Shown: one piece after another, positions 20,770 through 30,565 of the stretch
Position numbering within the stretch: the stretch's first letter is position 1
Layout: each line of letters starts with the position of its first letter
Assembly: GCA_965116175.1 (NCBI GenBank)
Contig: OZ220490.1
Span: 955,537-1,019,536, forward strand
DNA: 64,000 bases
Direction of reading: 5' to 3'
Source: Bdellovibrionales bacterium
GTDB taxonomy: Bacteria; Bdellovibrionota; Bdellovibrionia; Bdellovibrionales; UBA1609
Made by a program: the position numbers and the translations under genes
The notes under the pieces: model-generated
What the model was told of the DNA's origin: nothing
Database searches by the model: none
The model's input: the letters and a program-made list of their open reading frames with translations, nothing else

Positions 20770-22425
20770 TTAATCACTCTTCTCCACCAAAGGAAGAGAT
20801 AAAAAATCCCCATTCTGTCTTAAGTGATAATTTTTAATATTTGCCCTTAAAACTGAAAACTCCATATCATGCCATAAGGGAATAACTATAAAGTCCTGAG
20901 CTATAAGACGCTGTATTTGATCATAAATCTGTTTCCTTTTATCTTTATCTCTGGTTTGAAAGCCCTTTTCTAAAAGCTGGTCCAAGGCTTTATTTTTATA
21001 AAAACTCCTATTTCTCCCTTTTGGCGCTATATTCTCACTGTGAAAAGCCACACGATAAATATCAGGGTCTGTAACCCCCACCCATTTCATTAAAGCTATT
21101 TCATAAGCCCCCTGCCCTACATCTTTATAAAAAGCCCCCCATTCATTGCTTTTCAGTGAAACTTTTATTCCCGTCTGACTCATTTGGCTGGCCAGAACCC
21201 TGGCTTTATTTATAGTATCCTGATTATTGGAGGAACTGAGTTGAAAGCGCAACCCCTCCTCTAAGCCCAGTTTACGAATAATGTTTTTAGCAGCCTCAAT
21301 ATCAAACAAAGGTTTCTTTATGTTTTGATTAAAAAAGTAATTTTCCGGATTGATAAAAGATCTTGCCGGCACAGCATAAGAATGCAATTTATATTTTATT
21401 ATTTCCTTCCTGTTAATAGAAAGAGAGAGAGCTTTTCGCAATTCTTGTTTTTGCAAAAATTTATTTTTAAAGTTGAGAAGCAAATAAGTTGTGGAAAGCC
21501 CTGGTCGGGATAAAATATGAAAATGCTCTTTTTGCCTTACAAATCGGGAAATTTGCTCTAAAGGAATTACAGAAGGAGCTATATCCATTTCCCGAGACAG
21601 CATTTTTTGTGTTCGCGTAAAGCTGTCCCTTATAATTTGAAAGGAAATAAACTCTGGTTGAAAGCCATGTGTTGCCTCTCTTCTTTTTAAGAGGATTTCC
21701 CGAAAGCTGTTTTTTTCCACCAAAAACAAGCCTGTACCAATTGGTTTTTTTTGAAAGGCTTCAGGAAATTCCAAAATCTCTCTCTTAGGCAAAATTTTAA
21801 TGACCTGTAAGTCAGTGTAAAGAAAAGGGGCTTGAAAGTTTTTCATGGATATTTGAACAACAAAAATTTTATTTGTTTTGTTAAAAGCAAGCTCATCTGT
21901 TTTCTCTTTTTTCAGATTCTTTTTTGAATTACGAATCAAACTGTTAACAGCATCACCCCATGACACTTCATCCAGGTCTTTAAAAAAAACCTTCACTGAG
22001 TTGATATTTTTAAAGGCAGAGTAAAAAGGTGAGCTCTTTTTTTGAAACTCTTCAAAGCTAAATAAAATATCCTCTTTTGTAACAGCTCTTCCATTGGAAA
22101 AACTGAGATTGGGTTTAAGATAAAATGTATAAGTTAAACCCTCAAGTTCCCATTTTAAAGCCAAATCTGACAAAAGCTCCCCTTGATCTCCTTTTTTAAC
22201 CAAACCATTAAATATAAGAGACACAAGGCGCATCCCATTGGCATCAGTGACTCTTCTAGGATCAAGACTGCTGGGCTTGGAGTCTAAAGCAACAAATAAA
22301 GTATTGTTTAAAGTCTTCTTTGGAGAACAACAAGAAATGAAAAAACATAAAATAATAATGAAGAGTTGAAGTAAGATTTTATATGGATTGGGCTGTAATG
22401 AGTTTTTCATAAAGAGTTGTGACAA
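20770..22425 (-). CDS. ABC transporter peptide-binding lipoprotein (family 5, DppA/OppA-like)
   Basis: Lipobox-like ISC, SLDP, LALKWE, YTFYLKPNLSFSNG, PIGTG. Confidence 0.92.
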   Translation of the reverse strand: MSQLFMKNSLQPNPYKILLQLFIIILCFFISCCSPKKTLNNTLFVALDSKPSSLDPRRVTDANGMRLVSLIFNGLVKKGDQGELLSDLALKWELEGLTYTFYLKPNLSFSNGRAVTKEDILFSFEEFQKKSSPFYSAFKNINSVKVFFKDLDEVSWGDAVNSLIRNSKKNLKKEKTDELAFNKTNKIFVVQISMKNFQAPFLYTDLQVIKILPKREILEFPEAFQKKPIGTGLFLVEKNSFREILLKRREATHGFQPEFISFQIIRDSFTRTQKMLSREMDIAPSVIPLEQISRFVRQKEHFHILSRPGLSTTYLLLNFKNKFLQKQELRKALSLSINRKEIIKYKLHSYAVPARSFINPENYFFNQNIKKPLFDIEAAKNIIRKLGLEEGLRFQLSSSNNQDTINKARVLASQMSQTGIKVSLKSNEWGAFYKDVGQGAYEIALMKWVGVTDPDIYRVAFHSENIAPKGRNRSFYKNKALDQLLEKGFQTRDKDKRKQIYDQIQRLIAQDFIVIPLWHDMEFSVLRANIKNYHLRQNGDFLSLPLVEKSD

Positions 22426-22434
22426 ATAAAAAAT

Positions 22435-23289
22435 TTATTTTTCGTCATCTGTCTTTTTACATTTCCAGGAGCTTGTTAAAATAAATTCAGCTTTAAATCT
22501 GGATAATAATTTTTTCTTATCTCCACACCTGGCCTTTATATTCAACTCCAGACTGTTGTCCTTTGTATATTTATAAGTGTAATCAAAATAAAAAGAGCAA
22601 GAGGGACAAGCTTCAGACAATTTATTTTCAATAAATTCCCGGCTTGGGTTTTCAAAAGGGGAATAATAAGGATAAACAAATGTTGAAAATATCCATTCCA
22701 TCATATTTTTATGGGCTTGTTTTATAGAATCTGCGCCTTTCTCAAAGGGAAATGCTTTTTTAAATGAATAAAATTCATTGGCTTCTCCCTCTTTACAAGA
22801 ATCCTTTTCAATATTTTGAGGATAGGTTTTTGACAATACCTTGTAACTTTTTGTTTGCTGGCAATAGGAGGGGCATTGTTTTGAAACATCCTTTTTCATA
22901 ATATCAAGGCTTTTATCAATCCAACCATTGATCTGATTGGAAAAACTTAAAGGAGTGCTAAATGTAAATCTGTCGGAATGAAGACTTTTTTGGCCTTCAG
23001 TTGAACAGTTTTCCTCCTTAGCCTTGCCTTCCTGAGATTTAACTGACTGAGCTAAATCATTATTGACTTCCTGCTTTGAAGGCTTATGAACCGGTTTAAC
23101 TCTCTCTTCCTTTACAGACTTCTGCGCAGGCTCGGCTTTTCCCCCTTTTGAAGATATATCTTTCAACTCAGCAACACTGTGAAAAGACAAAAAGAGCAAA
23201 AATAAAAAGATCAATCTGATATGATTCCTGATAACAAGTAAGCCATACAATATTATATCTCTATAAATATTTAACATTTTTCTCTCCAT
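22435..23289 (-). CDS. Secreted hypothetical protein
   Basis: 284-aa ORF with hydrophobic N-terminus and CPSYC/CPSC motifs. Confidence 0.7.
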   Translation of the reverse strand: MERKMLNIYRDIILYGLLVIRNHIRLIFLFLLFLSFHSVAELKDISSKGGKAEPAQKSVKEERVKPVHKPSKQEVNNDLAQSVKSQEGKAKEENCSTEGQKSLHSDRFTFSTPLSFSNQINGWIDKSLDIMKKDVSKQCPSYCQQTKSYKVLSKTYPQNIEKDSCKEGEANEFYSFKKAFPFEKGADSIKQAHKNMMEWIFSTFVYPYYSPFENPSREFIENKLSEACPSCSFYFDYTYKYTKDNSLELNIKARCGDKKKLLSRFKAEFILTSSWKCKKTDDEK

Positions 23290-23550
23290 AACAACAACCC
23301 TATTTTATGCTTTTTAAAAATCAGACCATTTTAAAACAATCAATTTTTATTTAAACCAAAACTTCTTACAAGAGCTGTATTATCTATGAATTTATCCCTA
23401 TATATTTGTATTTTTGTAATAATTCAATCACTTTTTCCTTCTAAAGCTTAATTCAAAGCAAAACAGGCTTTACAAGCGCTATGAATGCCTTACAAATCAT
23501 CAGTTTTTTTACTAATCCCTGTTTAACAAATGGACTTTCAAATAAAATTG

Positions 23551-23606
23551 GGTTTAAGACGACTTAAGCTGGCTATTAATGCAGTTAACTTACTGTTACC
23601 ACTATA
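23551..23606 (+). mobile_element. Solo degenerate IS1595-like left end
   Basis: GGTTTAAGACGACTTAAGCTGGCTATTAATGCAGTTAACTTACTGTTACCACTAT resembles 52465-52520. Confidence 0.6.
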
Positions 23607-23676
23607 TTTTAAAAGATCATGAATTTATGAATTTGTTTTTAGGGGCTGAGGCAAAACAAAATCCTCAACCTTAACT

Positions 23677-24387
23677 TTAAGCAGACTGCCTGATAGTTCG
23701 GACAGAAGGCAGTGTAAAACGAAATGTTGAGCCTTTGGTATGAGGATTTGCAAAAGCTGAAATTTCACCACCATGAGCTTTAACTATAGCTTTGGTGATG
23801 CTGAGACCAAGTCCTGTATTTTTTATGTCTTTTTTTACCGGTAAAGAATTTCTATAAAAAGGATCAAATACTTTGTCAGGGTCAGAAATACCCTGCCCTT
23901 CATCTTTTATGGAAAATACAAAACCCTCCTGATTATTAAAACTGTATTCCATAAAAATATAACTATCTTTTGGTGAAAATTTAATGGCATTGGATAAAAG
24001 ATTCTTCAAAAGGCAATGCACCCATGAAGAGTCCATAAAAAGTTCAAAATTATCTGATTTTGGCTGATCTATGTGAAAGCGAATATTCTCTCTTTGAGCT
24101 GTAAGCCTAAAAGAAGAACACGCTTTTGAAAGCACTGGCTCAAAGCTTTTCCATTCAAATTGAAACAAGTCCTTTTTTTCCTCTATATATCTTAGATCCA
24201 AATTGTCTGTGATAAAGTCAATCATATCATCCACTTCATCCATCATCAAATAGAGTATATCTTTATACTTTTCAAAATCCTTTTTAAGAAGGGCAAGACC
24301 TAATTTTAAAGAGCTTAATGGAGTTTTTAACTCATGGCTGAAAAGACTTATAGGATCAATTTTCCAATGCTTATGTTTCATTTGCAA
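23677..24387 (-). CDS. Histidine kinase (HisKA + HATPase only)
   Basis: SHELKTPL, NLLSNAIKF, DEGQGI, TGLGLSI. Confidence 0.93.
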   Translation of the reverse strand: MQMKHKHWKIDPISLFSHELKTPLSSLKLGLALLKKDFEKYKDILYLMMDEVDDMIDFITDNLDLRYIEEKKDLFQFEWKSFEPVLSKACSSFRLTAQRENIRFHIDQPKSDNFELFMDSSWVHCLLKNLLSNAIKFSPKDSYIFMEYSFNNQEGFVFSIKDEGQGISDPDKVFDPFYRNSLPVKKDIKNTGLGLSITKAIVKAHGGEISAFANPHTKGSTFRFTLPSVRTIRQSA

Positions 24388-24540
24388 ACCTCAAAGATTT
24401 TCATGATTGTTAGCAATTGTGTTTTAATATATCGGATGATGTATCAAAAAAATTGACAGGAATTTTAAAAGAAAGAGTTTTTTTATTTGTTTCCGAAATC
24501 AAAAAATAATGGGGTTTTTAGCAATTTCTAAAAGTGGATT

Positions 24541-24861
24541 TTAATCTTTTTGAGCAAAATCAGAAAGAGTTTTTTCCAGATCACCGGATTGAAACTGCTC
24601 CTGCACAATATCACAGCCGCCTAACAACTCTTTATTGACATAAAGTTGAGGAATAGTCGGCCAATTGGAGTATTCTTTTATACCTTGACGAATGGATTCA
24701 TCAGATAAAACATCAAAGGTTTTATATTTGACTTTTAAAAAATCCAAAATTTGAACAACACGGGCAGAAAAACCACACTGAGGCTGCTCAGGGTTTCCCT
24801 TCATAAAAAGCATGATGGGGTTATCCTCAATAAGTTTTGAAATTTGCTCTTTTGTTTCCAT
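24541..24861 (-). CDS. grxD: Monothiol glutaredoxin
   Basis: PQCGFS, WPTIPQLY, GGCDI. Confidence 0.97.
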   Translation of the reverse strand: METKEQISKLIEDNPIMLFMKGNPEQPQCGFSARVVQILDFLKVKYKTFDVLSDESIRQGIKEYSNWPTIPQLYVNKELLGGCDIVQEQFQSGDLEKTLSDFAQKD

Positions 24862-24936
24862 CTTTTTTAAAAGCTATATCCACTTTATAAATAAAGCAAG
24901 CCATAATCTGACTTTTCTATTATTTCATTTGAGTTT

Positions 24937-25728
24937 TTACTGCCCTTTAAATTCAGGCTCCCTTTTTTGAATAAAAGCCTCCATGCCCTCCCGACTATCC
25001 TGCTTTTCAAACAAAAGGCCAAACTCCCTGCTTTCATATTCTAAGCCTTTCTCCAAAGAAAAACTCCTTGTTTTTTGAATCAAATCCTTAGCTTTAGCAA
25101 TAGCCAAAGGGCCTCTTTTTTTAAAAATGGAAATGTACTCTTCTGCTTTAGGCAAAAGCTTCTCTTTGGAAACAACAGCATTGGCCAAGCCCATTTTATA
25201 AGCCTCCTGAGCCGTATAAAAAGCACCCGTAAAAATCATCTCCTTGGCTTTATAAAAACCAATGGCATAAGCAAGCCTTTGTGTTCCTCCAAAAGTAGGA
25301 AACAAACCAAGGCTTACTTCAGGCAGACCAATCCTCGCACCCTCATCCATAATTAAAACATCACAAGCCAAAGCCAGTTCCAGGCCACCACCAAGAGCAA
25401 ATCCCTGGACAATGGCAACCACAGGCAAAGGCAGAGATTCCAAAAGGGAAAAAGCCCTCTGTCCTTTTTTGGCAAAATCTTCAGCCTGCTTGGAGGTAAA
25501 TGAAGACATTTGTTTAATATCAGCTCCGGCAACAAAAGCTTTTTCCCCCGCCCCTTTAATCACCAAGGCTCTTAAATTTTTTGTATTGAGTTTTATGAGA
25601 CAATCCGTCAGCTCCTCCAATACTTGGGAATTTAAAGCATTCAAGGATTTAGGTCTGGATATGCTCAAATAAGCAACCTGCTCTTTTTGTTCCCATTCCA
25701 ATGTTTCAAATGTCATAGCATCCTCCAA
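24937..25728 (-). CDS. Enoyl-CoA hydratase/crotonase
   Basis: AFVAGADI, GGGLELALACD, GLPEVSLG. Confidence 0.95.
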   Translation of the reverse strand: MEDAMTFETLEWEQKEQVAYLSISRPKSLNALNSQVLEELTDCLIKLNTKNLRALVIKGAGEKAFVAGADIKQMSSFTSKQAEDFAKKGQRAFSLLESLPLPVVAIVQGFALGGGLELALACDVLIMDEGARIGLPEVSLGLFPTFGGTQRLAYAIGFYKAKEMIFTGAFYTAQEAYKMGLANAVVSKEKLLPKAEEYISIFKKRGPLAIAKAKDLIQKTRSFSLEKGLEYESREFGLLFEKQDSREGMEAFIQKREPEFKGQ

Positions 25729-25879
25729 ATATTCATTGACTTTACAGTTGAATTAAAAAGCTATCTTTTAAAAGCTCTTCAGATAAATTATACTGATCGG
25801 GTTTGAGTTTTTATATGCAGTCTCTTTTATAAAAGCATGAACTTCCAAACAGAACTAGTATATTTACATAACTTTTTTC

Positions 25880-26089
25880 TTAAAGCTTTACATCCATATA
25901 AGAGATTTCCCCTGTCTCCGTATTTTCCAAAGTTAAACAAGCAGATTGAGAGTCTATGCTGTGATCTTTTATCCGGTAAGAGTTTTTTGAATTATCTTTT
26001 CCTGATCTCATTTCAATCTTTACTTTTTTCAATTTTTTTAATTGTGACTTTAACAAACTCTGCATCATAGAGCTGCTCATATTAAACAT
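25880..26089 (-). CDS. Small hypothetical protein
   Basis: 69-aa ORF preceded by an AGGAG RBS. Confidence 0.45.
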   Translation of the reverse strand: MFNMSSSMMQSLLKSQLKKLKKVKIEMRSGKDNSKNSYRIKDHSIDSQSACLTLENTETGEISYMDVKL

Positions 26090-26587
26090 AGTCTTTCTCC
26101 TTTAAAATGAAAATTATGTAATATTTGATACAAAAGTTATGCTGTGTGTAGAAATTTTAACTTTTAAAAAAAGCTTTGTCAAAATGAAAAACCCTATAGA
26201 ATATAGGAAATTGAAAGAATCAAGCATAATCTATAAACAACACATTTCAATCCCCTACAATAGAATCTAAAATATCAAAGTAGATGTTCTTTAATTGACC
26301 GAGTTTTAGGGCTTTCTGCCCTTAAACTTGAAACTGCAGGAAGTTCTCATCCCTATACCTAATCTAAAGGCCGCATTCCAGGACTTTTAGAAAAAACAGC
26401 TAAAGAGTTGAAAGAATCATTCAAAAAATAGAACAACTAAAACCTGGAGAAGAAATTTAACCAATGAGAAAAAATCTGATGGTAAAAGTCCTGCCTTATG
26501 AAAAGTTTTTTCCAAGCTTGGTGTAGATTGAGAAGCTCAAATAAATTAATGAAAGCTGTTGTATAAAGACACTTGATTACACTCTCA

Positions 26588-27364
26588 TTAGGTCAAATGG
26601 ACCATCCATCCCCAAAGAGGATATGTATAATAAATCCAAAAAAGATTGCCTTTAAGCTTTTCACAGTTATAAGATTTACTGCGATTGTGTTGAGAATAGA
26701 ATCTGCTGTCATTCAACTCTTCTTGGCTCATAGAACCAAGATGTTTTGTAATCCACTGCCCATCTTTAAACTGATAGCTTGTTTTTTTTCCCCTTTGAGG
26801 CGGAAAAGGATACTCAGTAAATTCTGTAAGAGTTTTTTGTGGAATGTTAAAAACATATTTTTTAACTTCAAAACCCAGCATTGTAAAATTAATCCAATGA
26901 CTGTATTCTCTGAGTAGATAAACTCTTTCATACCATGCACGATTGAATTTGCTATCTACAACTTTACCGGAAGGCAGTTGAGATAAAGAAAGCATCTCCT
27001 CTACAGCATAACGAACAACAACTTCCTCTTCCGACTTTTTGGCATTGTAGGCTCCTGGTTTGGCTATAAGAGGATCATGGTATTCATAAGTCCAAAGGGG
27101 ATCGCTTACTTCTATTTGAAACCGATTTCCTTTTTTATAAAGAGAGTGTCTTCTTATCCTCTGCCTTATATTCTTTTTAGTGAAATAAAAAGACTTACTG
27201 TAATTTATCGTGACTTTTTTATTATTAAAGACAAAAGGTTTTTCATACCCTCCCTTGCTTTCACAATAATAACCTACACCAGAGCAGGCATTCATAAAAA
27301 AACCAAAAAACAATATAGGAAGTATATTCATCTTTCTTAAGTCTCTCTGTTTATTCTCTTTCAT
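26588..27364 (-). CDS. Hypothetical lipoprotein (start uncertain: 27331, 27364 or 27460)
   Basis: Long ORF with hydrophobic stretch and lipobox-like FMNAC. Confidence 0.6.
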   Translation of the reverse strand: MKENKQRDLRKMNILPILFFGFFMNACSGVGYYCESKGGYEKPFVFNNKKVTINYSKSFYFTKKNIRQRIRRHSLYKKGNRFQIEVSDPLWTYEYHDPLIAKPGAYNAKKSEEEVVVRYAVEEMLSLSQLPSGKVVDSKFNRAWYERVYLLREYSHWINFTMLGFEVKKYVFNIPQKTLTEFTEYPFPPQRGKKTSYQFKDGQWITKHLGSMSQEELNDSRFYSQHNRSKSYNCEKLKGNLFWIYYTYPLWGWMVHLT

Positions 27365-27564
27365 AAAAGCATGAAATTTAGTTAGCTTGATTTGGTTTTG
27401 AGATTTCCTCTCGCTCTGGGGTTCTGTTATTCTACATTGGCCCCAGATCAAATAAAACAAATATTAATTCCAATTTTATCTCAAAAAAAACCAAATTAAA
27501 TTTCAGAAATTAGTCACTGATTCTTTTAAATTTACATAGAAAATCAAAAACATTGAGACTGAGT

Positions 27565-27623
27565 TGAAAAGCCCTGCAGAATATAGGAAATTGATGGATC
27601 GAGTTGTCTAGTTGAATTGGGGC
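27565..27623. repeat. ~59-bp inverted repeat arm (partner ~29036-29095; degenerate copy ~26185-26214)
   Basis: TGAAAAGCCCTGCAGAATATAGGAAATTGATGGATCGAGTTGTCTAGTTGAATT and its reverse complement near 29040-29095. Confidence 0.85.
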
Positions 27624-27968
27624 CAAAGCAAATGTCACTTCTTATTATCGATCTTTTTCAGAATAAGTCAAAGGTAAAAGACTGAAAAAGTTTTAGTAAA
27701 ATTGGGTTCATCTATATTAATCCAGTTTTTCGTGACTTTTTTAATGACAAGGTAGGCAGATAGGAATCTCTGATTTTTTCTTTTAATTTAAGCCTAAACA
27801 GGCCGATAAATCTCATATCATGGAAACAACCAGTATCATACATTTTGTTCACCATCAGAATAAAAGGAGAATTCGGGACTTCTTATTGAGGAAATTATCT
27901 AACTATTTACCAGCAGATTAAATCTATCACTTTTGAGAGTGAGTTAGAAGTATGGGGGATTTATAATT

Positions 27969-28037
27969 TGTACTAGTTAAGATATGATCTGACAGTTACC
28001 CGTGTCAGTTATCTCCTAATTGTCCGTTTTTTTATTT
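27969..28037 (-). mobile_element. Solo right end of the resident IS481 element
   Basis: TGTACTAGTTAAGATATGATCTGACAG... matches 42165 onward. Confidence 0.9.
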
Positions 28038-28102
28038 GATGTTATTAAAAATATTTGACATTAAACCTTATATATGGCAGTATGGTGTTAGGATTACTTA
28101 CT

Positions 28103-28387
28103 ATGTTGAAGAAAACGACAATTTATATTGAAGAAACCGAATTAAATACTTTAAAGTCTCTTTCCTTAATTCAAAACAAGCCAATGGCAGAGTTAATCCG
28201 TATTGGAGTTCAAAAAGTTTGTCAATCTGTTTCTCAGGAAGAAAAAAAGACTTTGGAAAGGATTGCCAAACTCAGAAGGCATGCAAAAAAACAAGGTTAC
28301 TCTGGCGGGAAAATTATGACACTTGCAGTAAAAGCTCAGAGGGAAGTTCGGAATGAGCGTAAGAAAAAAGCCTCTCGTCGTCCTTGA
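28103..28387 (+). CDS. Ribbon-helix-helix (CopG-like) antitoxin
   Basis: MLKKTTIYI...MAELIR RHH pattern; overlaps the start of the PIN gene. Confidence 0.75.
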   Translation: MLKKTTIYIEETELNTLKSLSLIQNKPMAELIRIGVQKVCQSVSQEEKKTLERIAKLRRHAKKQGYSGGKIMTLAVKAQREVRNERKKKASRRP

Positions 28388-28789
28388 TACAAATGTCATT
28401 GTCAGTGGTTTTCTAAGTGCTGATACCTATCCGTCAAAAATCCTTGACGCTTGGTTATTGAAATATATTCAGGTAGCTATAAGTCCAGAATTGAAACAAG
28501 AATTAAATCAAGTTCTAAAAAAACCTTATATAAGTCAAATACTTCTAAATCAAAAATCTATCAAACCCATTTTAGGAAAATTGTTTAACCAACTTTAATG
28601 GTTTTACCAAAAACTATAAACAAGATTATTTTTCCTGATACAAAGGATCATTTTTTATTAGAGCTGGCTATTACAGCTGAAGCAATAGTTATTGTAACTG
28701 GTGATAAAGAACTATTGAGCATTAAAAAAATAAAGAATATTTTGATTTACAGCCCCAAGCAATTTTGTTTCAAATTCAAAATCACATAA
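28353..28789 (+). pseudogene. PIN-domain toxin split into two ORFs (28353-28598, 28598-28789)
   Basis: VVLDTNVIVS in ORF1; DTKDHFLLELA and IVTGDKELL in ORF2, which are halves of one PIN domain. Confidence 0.8.
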
Positions 28790-29035
28790 TACATTATCTT
28801 TTATTCTTTTATTCTTTTAGGAGGTTTTTAAAATTTTTGCCAATTAAGGGCAGTAAGCAATTACTGAGAAGATATTTTTATAGCTTGATTTAAACCTATA
28901 ATGGTTGGCTGATTACAAATTTAAAAGCTGTTGTAAGTCAAAAGAAGAGCTTGAAAAGATTTCTGCTGTATCTATAGATAATAACCAAATGTATTTTTCT
29001 ACAGGCACCTAGTATTTTTTGTTTAATTGTTCTGA

Positions 29036-29095
29036 CCCCAAATTCAACTAGACAACTCGATCCATCAATTTCCTATATTCTGCAGGGCTTTTCAT
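29036..29095. repeat. Inverted repeat arm (partner 27565-27623)
   Basis: Reverse complement of the 27565 arm. Confidence 0.85.
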
Positions 29096-29096
29096 A

Positions 29097-29330
29097 CCCA
29101 ATCCAGAATGAGGAATAAGAAAATTCACCTCTTCAAAATGATTGCGAAGAAGCTCTACAAGCCTTTCTGTAGCATCAGGGCGACCACCCGGACTGTGTAA
29201 AAGCACATCAACAAATTTACTGTCTTTTACAGAATTTACTAAATCAACTCATCCTTCCAAATCAGGAAAATCGATAAAATTAGGAATATTTGGCGGTGTC
29301 TCAAAAAACTTTATCTCCAAAAAAACTTAC
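29097..29330 (-). pseudogene. Fragment of SDH-family (ClpP-fold) serine proteinase
   Basis: Manual translation VDVLLHSPGGRPDATERLVELLRNHFEEVNFLIPHS, with an upstream in-frame stop. Confidence 0.65.
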
Positions 29331-29342
29331 TACTAGTCTATT

Positions 29343-29693
29343 TTGTCCTTATTTAGGGGGTTGACACAGGCTGAAGTTTATAAACCATCATGTCGGGAGT
29401 ATAAGGGATTGCCTGAATTGGAGTATCCTTTTCATGAGCTGGAGAAGAGGATAACTGTCCAAGGAGATATTATTCTTTCGAGAAAGATAAGAGTATTTGT
29501 TTCCACTATTTTAGCCGGACAGCTTGTGGGATTAACAGAAGTAGATGATGGAATATGGAAAGTAACTTTTATGGATTATGACATAGGTTGTTTTGATGAG
29601 GAGAGCTGTAAGTTTACTCCTTTGGACAATCCTTTGGAAAAACTGTCAAGATGTGTTCGGTATAAAGTTGTCAAGGATGTTTCAGGTTGCACA
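29343..29693 (+). mobile_element. 3' remnant of a second IS481-type element with its right end
   Basis: LPELEYP...LAGQLVGLTEVDDGIWKVTF resembles IS481 transposase C-termini; ends in repeated TGTCAAG(G)ATGT...ACA. Confidence 0.7.
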
Positions 29694-29816
29694 TATTTAG
29701 GGGAAACGACAAAAACAGATGCTTCCGTCCGTGTGCTTTTGTTATCTGATGAATTAGTGGAAGTATTAAGAGTAATGAAAATGGAAAGTAAAAGCCATGC
29801 TAAAAAACCTAAGTAA
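29694..29816 (+). pseudogene. Possible tyrosine-integrase fragment
   Basis: TTKTDASVRVLLLSDELVEVL resembles the catalytic-Lys hairpin of phage integrases; abuts the tRNA-Tyr 3' end. Confidence 0.4.
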
Positions 29817-29838
29817 TTCCAATAGTTAAGAAATTTAA

Positions 29839-29924
29839 TGGTGGAGAGAGTAGGATTTGAACCTACGTAGGCATAAGCCAGCGATTTTACAGACCGCCCC
29901 CTTTAACCACTCGGGCATCTCTCC
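29839..29924 (-). tRNA. tRNA-Tyr (GTA)
   Basis: GGAGAGATGCCCGAGTGG...GCGGT-CTGTAAA-ATCGC...GTTCAAATC...CTCTCCACCA; long variable arm. Confidence 0.97.
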
Positions 29925-30270
29925 TTAAAATTATAAAACTTACATTTATTAAATAATAATTTCTTATAAAAAGTTATCTGTTAAAAATAACTTAACAGGT
30001 TTTTTTAAACAACCAATTTGATTTATAACAAATCAAGTATATCGTTTTTAAAAAATTCAAGTAAAATTCAGTATAATCAACAATCCTTATCTGTCAATTC
30101 TCATATTGATTCTTTGTAGATCATGTTTACAATATAAGCATGAAAAAGACAATCTTTCCGCTTTTTGTTTTTATTTTCTCAAGCTTTTGTAAAATGCAGG
30201 CGCAGCCGGCTAAAGAAGGAGAGATTGTGATTTGAGTTTTTACTCAAAAAAATAAATCCATTAAAAAAGA

Positions 30271-30346
30271 TGGTGCTGGGTGAGGGAATCGAACCCCCAA
30301 CCTGCCGATTACAAATCGGCTGCTCTACCAGTTGAGCCAACCCAGC
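30271..30346 (-). tRNA. tRNA-Thr (TGT)
   Basis: GCTGGGTTGGCTCAACTGGTAGAGCAGCCGA-TTTGTAA-TCGGC...GTTCGATTC...CCCAGCACCA, 76 nt. Confidence 0.97.
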
Positions 30347-30565
30347 AAATAAAAAGCTTATAAAATATTTTTACTAAAAAAACAAGCCCCTAATTTTTTT
30401 CAGAAGGACAGGAACAGATAAAATACTTGTTTTTCATAGTGATAACAATAAGTTAAAGGCCTTAATAGTTAGCTTAAACCACAATGAACCATAATAATAC
30501 ATCAAGAATTTTAATTACGCTTTCTTGATTATCGGCCCTTATATTTTTAAACGGGACGGATGCTT

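Noticed and set aside
29343-29816. A genuine 157-aa protein
   Set aside because: It reads through an IS right end and joins two unrelated fragments.
30140-30233. Tiny signal-peptide-like ORF between the two tRNAs
   Set aside because: About 31 codons with no recognisable homology; probably a remnant.
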